Assembly (NCBI RefSeq): GCF_000011105.1
Contig: NC_000961.1
Span: 582,662 to 606,661 of the forward strand
Direction: 5' to 3'
From: Pyrococcus horikoshii OT3
GTDB taxonomy: Archaea; Methanobacteriota_B; Thermococci; Thermococcales; Thermococcaceae
DNA: 24,000 nt
The translations under genes were made by a program, and so were the position numbers. Numbering within the stretch: the stretch's first letter is position 1; each line of letters starts with the position of its first letter. The notes under the pieces were generated by a model. That model was not told the DNA's origin. It searched no databases and saw only the letters and a list, made by a program, of their open reading frames with translations. This document shows positions 18,179 to 24,000 of the stretch, piece by piece.

Positions 18179-18583
18179 CTATTTTAAAATTGGTCTGAAT
18201 TTGTAACCATAGAGTATTATGCCATCTTCGTTAAATTCAACTATCTTTCTCGTCACCATCTCTACTTCCATTCCTTCCTTTATTTCATCTGGCTCAACGT
18301 CAGTTAGCTGGGCTAAGACTATTGGGCCTTCTTCGAGCTGTATTAGTGCTATTGGGTAGGGTTTATAGTATTCAAATCCACTTGGTGGATTTCTAACTAT
18401 CGTCCATGTTATAACCTTCCCCTTACCGCTGAATTCGAAATCCTCAACGTTTCTGCTGCCACAAATCGGGCAGACTGGTCTCTTGGGGAAGAAAACATGT
18501 CCGTTTTCACATTTACCTCCAATTAACCTATACTTCTCCTTAAAATGTCTCCAATATCGGGAAACCTGCATTGGTTTCCCCAT
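18179..18583 (-). CDS. DUF35 OB-fold/zinc-ribbon protein, acyl-CoA thiolase/HMG-CoA synthase partner
   Basis: FPKRPVCPICGSRNVEDFEFSGKGKVITWTIVRNPPSGF...PYPIALIQLEEGPIVLAQL; lies directly beside the thiolase gene. Confidence 0.9.
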   Translation of the reverse strand: MGKPMQVSRYWRHFKEKYRLIGGKCENGHVFFPKRPVCPICGSRNVEDFEFSGKGKVITWTIVRNPPSGFEYYKPYPIALIQLEEGPIVLAQLTDVEPDEIKEGMEVEMVTRKIVEFNEDGIILYGYKFRPILK

Positions 18584-18584
18584 T

Positions 18585-19754
18585 TCAAACCCTCCTGAAG
18601 ATTGTGACGGTTATATTTGAACCCGTTCCACCTATGTTTTGGGTTAATCCTACTTCAGCGTCAGGAACCTGAATACCATTTGGAGCTTCTCCTCTGAGCT
18701 GTAAGGTAGCTTCAACTGCTTGGTAAACTCCCGTTGCTCCAACTGGGTGTCCTCTAGCTTTTAATCCTCCCATCGTTTGTATTGGATAATCGCCATCTAT
18801 GGCTATTTGTCCCTCTTTAGCAAGCATAGCTCCCTTTCCCTTTTCGGCAACTCCAAGGGCTTCTAAGCTAAGGGCGGCCATAATTGTAAATGCATCGTGG
18901 ACTTCAAAGAAGTCTATATCCTTCGGCTCGACGTGGGCCATTTTATAGGCCTTCTCAGCTGCAATTTTTGCGGCTTTTAGCGTTAACAGATCCTCCCTGT
19001 TTGCTAGGTTTATTGTATCTATAGCCCTTCCCATTCCTGCAACTTCTACCCACTTATCCTTTGGAACTCCCAGTTCTTTCGCCTTCTCTGGAGTTGTTAT
19101 TATTACCGCCGCTGCCCCATCGCAAACTGGAGATGCATCAAATAGCTTTAGTGGATCTGCAATATAGGGGCTTTTCATGACTGTTTCAACAGTTATCGGC
19201 TTCTTAAACATTGCATATGGATTCTTAGCCCCATTAGCGTGAGCATTAACTGCAAATAGGGCTAAATCTTCCTCTGTATATCCATAAGTATTCATGTAAT
19301 ACCTCATTACTAATGCATTAAGTGCGACGAAGCTGACCCCATGGAAAAGCTCCCACTCTGCGTCACTTGCGTAAGCTAAATACCTTGTGGCATCGCTTGG
19401 CCAGGCATCGGTCATCTTCTCTACGCCGACTACTAGGACGACATCCTCTAATCCGCTTAGTACTGCTTTAACTCCCTCCTGAACCGCAGCTCCACCTGAG
19501 GCACAAGCTGCTTCAATTTTAACAGCGGGAATGTTTCCTAAACCTGCCCAGTCCGCTATGAGGGCTCCAAGATTTTCCTGCTCTATGAATGAGCCTGATG
19601 CCATGTTTCCTACATACAGAGAGTCAACTTTGTCTATTCCGGCATCATCCATGGCCTTTAAAATTGCTTCAACGGCCAGATCTCTAAGTGACGTCCTCCA
19701 GTGCTCCCCTACGGGAGTCATGCCAACGCCAACTATTATTACCTTATTATTCAT
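18585..19754 (-). CDS. Acetyl-CoA acetyltransferase (archaeal thiolase)
   Basis: AVKIEAACASGGAAVQEG (active-site Cys), DFFEVHDAFTIMAAL, GGLKARGHPVGATGVYQ. Confidence 0.95.
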   Translation of the reverse strand: MNNKVIIVGVGMTPVGEHWRTSLRDLAVEAILKAMDDAGIDKVDSLYVGNMASGSFIEQENLGALIADWAGLGNIPAVKIEAACASGGAAVQEGVKAVLSGLEDVVLVVGVEKMTDAWPSDATRYLAYASDAEWELFHGVSFVALNALVMRYYMNTYGYTEEDLALFAVNAHANGAKNPYAMFKKPITVETVMKSPYIADPLKLFDASPVCDGAAAVIITTPEKAKELGVPKDKWVEVAGMGRAIDTINLANREDLLTLKAAKIAAEKAYKMAHVEPKDIDFFEVHDAFTIMAALSLEALGVAEKGKGAMLAKEGQIAIDGDYPIQTMGGLKARGHPVGATGVYQAVEATLQLRGEAPNGIQVPDAEVGLTQNIGGTGSNITVTIFRRV

Positions 19755-19767
19755 TTAAACCACCCCT

Positions 19768-20820
19768 TCATATGATGTATTTCCTTCTCGCCTTAGCGTA
19801 TAGGGCATAATCGATAACCTTCCTTCTCTTAATGTAATCTTCAACCTTCGGTGCAAGGTTTCTCTTCTCTTCAATAGCATCCTGGACTACTATGCTAAAC
19901 GCATCGCTTCCAGCTCCAGAACCAAAGGAAACCCAAAGGATCCTATCTCCTGGCTTTGCAATATCTAATACGGCCGAGATTCCAACCATTGTTGCTCCAC
20001 TGTAAGTATTTCCTATCCTCCCACTTAGAAGTCCAGGTAACACCTTCTCCTTTGGTATACCTAACATCCTTGCCGCAACGAGTGGGAATTTAACGTTCGG
20101 TTGGTGGAATACTGCGTAGTCAAAGTCCTCTGGAGTTAGCCCTAGCTCATCCATTAAGGTTTTTGCCGCGGTTACTACATGATGAAAGTATGCTGGTTCC
20201 CCCGTAAATCTGTTTCCATGCCTTGGATAATGCTCATGTTGTCTTCTCCAGAAGTCAGGGGTGTCGGTAACATAGGAGTAGCTACCTTCAAAGTATGCTA
20301 CTGTTTCGGAACTCTTTTCACCGATTATAAAAGCTGCTCCCCCTGCTCCTGCTGTGAATTCGAGATGATCTCCTGGTCTTCCTTGGGCCGTGTCGGCCCC
20401 TATTGCCATTGCATACTTAGCCATTCCTGAAGCTACAAACCCTATTGCTGCTTGAAGAGCTTCAGTCCCAGCTTTGCACGCGAATTCAAAGTCTGCTGCT
20501 TCTAGATCTGGTGTTGCCCCGATGGCTTCGGCGATTACCGTTGATGAGGGTTTTACAGCATAAGGCTTACTTTCACTTCCAAACCAAATGGCCCTTATAT
20601 CCTTTGGATCTATTTTAGCTCTTTTTAAAGCATTCCTTGCAGCCTCTATTCCAATTGTTATAGCATCTTCATCTAATCCTGGGACGGCTTTTTCTTCAAT
20701 TGGGAAATTTGATATTCCCCAAACCCTCCCGATCTCTTCATTTCTTATTCTGTACATTGGTACGTAAGCTCCATAACCAACTATTCCCACGTCTTTAATG
20801 GGTTTTAGAAGTTTACCCAT
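19768..20820 (-). CDS. mvaS: Hydroxymethylglutaryl-CoA synthase
   Basis: [73 protein letters not shown]. Confidence 0.95.
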   Translation of the reverse strand: MGKLLKPIKDVGIVGYGAYVPMYRIRNEEIGRVWGISNFPIEEKAVPGLDEDAITIGIEAARNALKRAKIDPKDIRAIWFGSESKPYAVKPSSTVIAEAIGATPDLEAADFEFACKAGTEALQAAIGFVASGMAKYAMAIGADTAQGRPGDHLEFTAGAGGAAFIIGEKSSETVAYFEGSYSYVTDTPDFWRRQHEHYPRHGNRFTGEPAYFHHVVTAAKTLMDELGLTPEDFDYAVFHQPNVKFPLVAARMLGIPKEKVLPGLLSGRIGNTYSGATMVGISAVLDIAKPGDRILWVSFGSGAGSDAFSIVVQDAIEEKRNLAPKVEDYIKRRKVIDYALYAKARRKYII

Positions 20821-21045
20821 TCTTCATCACCTTTTCTTTTCTTCACCTATTAGCCTTTCAACCCTTTATAAAAGACTTTCGGTAATAGTACAATCTAAAA
20901 TCGTTGATCGCCGAATATATGTAGGTAATGATAGCATTTGACAATTGTCGTAATGTCTTAGTACCTCCACCGAAAACTACATAAATCTAACTTAAAAACT
21001 CTAGATTGAACTCAGATTAATTGAAAGCTTAAGGGGGCAAAAAAG

Positions 21046-21603
21046 ATGATAGAGATTCGTTTTCATGGTAGAGGTGGACAGGGTGCTGTTACCGCTGCAA
21101 ACATCCTTGCAGAAGCAGCATTCTTAGAAGGAAAGTACGTTCAAGCGTTTCCATTCTTTGGTGTTGAAAGGAGAGGTGCTCCAGTCACTGCATTTACAAG
21201 GATCGATGAGAAGCCCATAAGGATAAAGACCCAAATTTATGAACCTGACATAGTTGTAGTCTTAGACCCATCACTTCTTGAGACTGTGGATGTAACCGCT
21301 GGTCTTAAAGAGGAAGGAATCGTTATAATAAACACAGAAAAGAGCAAGGATGAAATCCTTGAAAAGCTTAAGAAGAAGCCAAAGAAGTTAGCACTCGTAG
21401 ATGCAACGACAATAGCCCTTGAAACCCTAGGGCTCCCAATTACGAATACCGCTATTCTTGGTGCAGTGGCAAAAGCCACGGGCCTGGTGAACATTGAAAG
21501 CGTCGAAAAGGCCATTAAAGACACGTTCTCTGGAGAACTTGGGGAGAAGAATGCAAAAGCTGCAAGGGAAGCCTTTGAGAAGACTGAGATATTTGAAGTT
21601 TGA
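21046..21603 (+). CDS. porG: Pyruvate/2-ketoisovalerate ferredoxin oxidoreductase gamma subunit
   Basis: [53 protein letters not shown]; followed by vorDAB. Confidence 0.95.
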
Positions 21604-21636
21604 TTTTCTTAAACCTTTTTATATGGAGGGATACCT

Positions 21637-21954
21637 ATGAATACGCTGTTTGGAAAGGCCAAAGAAGAAGCAAAGCCAATAACTCCTAAGTCAGTTGATG
21701 AGTATCCTGAAGCTCCAGTAAGCTTGGGAATAACTTTAGTAAACTTTACTGGAGACTGGAGAACTTTTATGCCTGTTATTGATGAATCAAAGTGTGTTAA
21801 ATGCTATATTTGCTGGAAATACTGTCCAGAGCCTGCTATTTATATAAAGGAGGATGGTTTTGTTGCAATAGATTACGATTACTGTAAGGGTTGTGGTATA
21901 TGCGCAAATGAGTGTCCTACTAAGGCGATAACCATGGTTAGAGAGGAGAAGTGA
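21637..21954 (+). CDS. vorD: 2-ketoisovalerate ferredoxin oxidoreductase delta subunit (2x[4Fe-4S])
   Basis: CVKCYICWKYCPEPAIY...DYDYCKGCGICANECPTKAI. Confidence 0.92.
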   Translation: MNTLFGKAKEEAKPITPKSVDEYPEAPVSLGITLVNFTGDWRTFMPVIDESKCVKCYICWKYCPEPAIYIKEDGFVAIDYDYCKGCGICANECPTKAITMVREEK

Positions 21955-21955
21955 G

Positions 21956-23149
21956 GTGAATCGTATGGAGTATAATCCGATTAAAAAAGTTGTTAGTGGA
22001 AATTACGCTGCTGCATATGCAGCTTTACATGCTAGAGTTCAAGTCGTTGCCGCTTATCCAATCACGCCTCAAACGAGTATAATAGAGAAGATAGCTGAAT
22101 TCATAGCTAATGGTGAAGCTGATATTCAATATATCCCAGTAGAGAGTGAACATTCAGCAATGGCCGCCTGTATAGGAGCTTCCGCGACGGGGGCTAGAGT
22201 ATTCACGGCTACCTCGGCCCAAGGTTTAGCGCTTATGCATGAGATGCTTCACTGGGCCGCTGGTTCCAGGCTACCTATCGTGATGGTCAACGTTAATAGA
22301 GCCATGGCTCCCCCCTGGAGCGTTTGGGATGACCAGACTGATAGCCTATCACAAAGAGACACCGGCTGGATGCAATTCTATGCTGAAAACAATCAAGAGG
22401 TTTACGATGGTGTCTTGATGGCATACAAGGTTGCTGAAACCGTTAACATTCCAACAATGATCATTGAAAGTGCCTTTATCCTAAGCCACACTTACGAAGT
22501 AGTTAACATGATCCCCCAGGAGCTTGTTGACGAGTTCTTACCTCCAAGGAAGCCACTCTATACGCTAACTGACTTCGAGAATCCAATAGCTGTTGGAGCC
22601 TTGGCCACTCCTGCAGATTATTATGAGTTCAGGTATAAGATAGCAAAAGCTCATGAAGAAGCTAAAAAAGTTATTAAATCCGTGGGAAAGGAATTCGGGG
22701 AGCGCTTTGGAAGGGATTACAGCAAGATGATAGAAACGGGCTACATAGAAGATGCGGATTTCGTGTTCATGGGAATGGGTTCCCTAATGGGAACCGTGAA
22801 AGAAGCTGTTGACCTACTCAGAAAGGAAGGTTACAAGGTTGGTTATGCAAAGGTTAGGTGGTTCAGGCCATTCCCCAAGGAAGAGCTACTAGAGATCGCT
22901 GAGAGCGTTAAGGGGATAGCAGTTCTTGATAGAAACTTCTCCTTTGGACAGGAGGGGATCCTATTCACGGAAGCCAAGGGGGCATTGTACAATACGGGGG
23001 TAAGGCCGATAATGAAGGATTACATAGTTGGACTTGGAGGAAGAGACTTCACGGTTAGGGATGTTAAGGCCATAGCCGAGGATATGAAGAAGGTTGTTGA
23101 ATCTGGAAAGCTCGATAAAGAAATTGAATGGTATCACCTTAAGAGGTGA
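21956..23149 (+). CDS. vorA: 2-ketoisovalerate ferredoxin oxidoreductase alpha subunit
   Basis: VVSGNYAAAYAALHARVQVVAAYPITPQTSIIEKIAEF; VESEHSAMAACIGASATGARVFTATSAQGLALMHE. Confidence 0.92.
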   Translation: MNRMEYNPIKKVVSGNYAAAYAALHARVQVVAAYPITPQTSIIEKIAEFIANGEADIQYIPVESEHSAMAACIGASATGARVFTATSAQGLALMHEMLHWAAGSRLPIVMVNVNRAMAPPWSVWDDQTDSLSQRDTGWMQFYAENNQEVYDGVLMAYKVAETVNIPTMIIESAFILSHTYEVVNMIPQELVDEFLPPRKPLYTLTDFENPIAVGALATPADYYEFRYKIAKAHEEAKKVIKSVGKEFGERFGRDYSKMIETGYIEDADFVFMGMGSLMGTVKEAVDLLRKEGYKVGYAKVRWFRPFPKEELLEIAESVKGIAVLDRNFSFGQEGILFTEAKGALYNTGVRPIMKDYIVGLGGRDFTVRDVKAIAEDMKKVVESGKLDKEIEWYHLKR

Positions 23150-23154
23150 GAATT

Positions 23155-24000
23155 ATGGAAATTCCAGAAGAAGTTAAGAAGAGACTTACAATTCCATTTG
23201 AAGAGAATTTCTTTGCTGGACATACTGCATGTCAAGGATGCGGTGCATCTCTTGGTTTAAGGTATGTGTTAAAGGCGTATGGAAGGAAAACTATCGTTGT
23301 AATTCCTGCATGTTGTTCAACAATAATTGCCGGCCCCTGGCCATACTCGGCTTTGAACGCTAACTTATTCCACACAGCATTTGCAACAACGGGAGCAGTC
23401 ATTAGTGGAATTGAGGCAGGATTAAAAGCTTTGGGATACAAGGTTAAAGGAGAAGACGGAATAATGGTCGTTGGATGGGCTGGTGATGGAGGTACCGCAG
23501 ATATAGGATTGCAAGCTTTAAGTGGCTTCATTGAAAGAGGCCATGATGCGGTCTACATAATGTATGATAATGAGGCTTACATGAATACTGGAATTCAGAG
23601 GTCTTCATCAACACCCTACGGAGCATGGACTACTAATACCCCAGGAGGAAAGAGACATCTCCTTGAGAAGAGGCACAAGAAAAAGGTTATTGATATTGTA
23701 ATAGCCCATAGGATTCCATATGCAGCGACTGCAAGCGTTGCATATCCCGAAGACTTCATAAGGAAGTTGAAGAAGGCCCAAAAGATCCCTGGGCCGAGCT
23801 TTATTCAGCTCTTTGCTCCATGTCCCACCGGTTGGAGGGCCCCAACTGATAAGTCAATAGAGATAGCTAGGTTAGCTGTTCAAACAGCTTACTTCCCACT
23901 CTTTGAGTATGAAAACGGGAAATATAAGATAAACATGCCGAATCCAAAGAAAGAACCTAAACCAATTGAAGAGTTCCTTAAGCTCCAGGGTAGGTTTAAG
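23155..24000 (+). CDS. vorB: 2-ketoisovalerate ferredoxin oxidoreductase beta subunit, truncated by the window end; absent from the supplied ORF track
   Basis: ATG at 23155 opens MEIPEEVKKRLTIPFEENFFAGHTACQGCGASLGLRY...; TPP-binding GWAGDGGTADIGLQALSGFIERG...YDNEAYMNTGIQRSSSTP. No stop before 24000. Confidence 0.94.
   Translation, partial: MEIPEEVKKRLTIPFEENFFAGHTACQGCGASLGLRYVLKAYGRKTIVVIPACCSTIIAGPWPYSALNANLFHTAFATTGAVISGIEAGLKALGYKVKGEDGIMVVGWAGDGGTADIGLQALSGFIERGHDAVYIMYDNEAYMNTGIQRSSSTPYGAWTTNTPGGKRHLLEKRHKKKVIDIVIAHRIPYAATASVAYPEDFIRKLKKAQKIPGPSFIQLFAPCPTGWRAPTDKSIEIARLAVQTAYFPLFEYENGKYKINMPNPKKEPKPIEEFLKLQGRFK

Noticed and set aside
1-24000. Whole-window search for a defence, mobile or toxin-antitoxin system
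   Set aside because: All large ORFs match housekeeping, metabolic, pilus or transporter families. Apart from the intein there is no transposase, integrase, nuclease cluster or reverse transcriptase.

Overview
This window is consistent with a Thermococcales (Pyrococcus-like) chromosome; the species is inferred from protein similarity recalled from memory. It reads mostly as ordinary core genome. Contents, left to right: a KlbA-type archaeal pilus/secretion ATPase interrupted by a 520-aa intein and followed by two TadC-like membrane proteins; threonine dehydrogenase (tdh); pheT/pheS; a GC-rich structured ncRNA with duplicated, K-turn-like hairpins; ribK, endonuclease V and a translin-family gene; the tfs - small ORF - pcn - gins51 cluster; an MFS transporter; an intron-containing tRNA-Trp whose intron looks like a C/D-box guide RNA; a long minus-strand gene series (mvaS, thiolase, DUF35, hydrogenase-maturation-type protease, split LysO-like exporter, transglutaminase-like lipoprotein, ATR, aspartate racemase); and porG-vorD-vorA-vorB (partial). 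I saw no defence island, CRISPR array or transposon. The items most worth a second look are the GC-rich RNA at ~9410-9565, the self-targeting tRNA-Trp intron, the Ala1-type KlbA intein with an embedded HTH-like segment, two apparent bidirectional TATA elements, a 12-bp palindrome at the MFS transporter start, and the split LysO-like gene pair.
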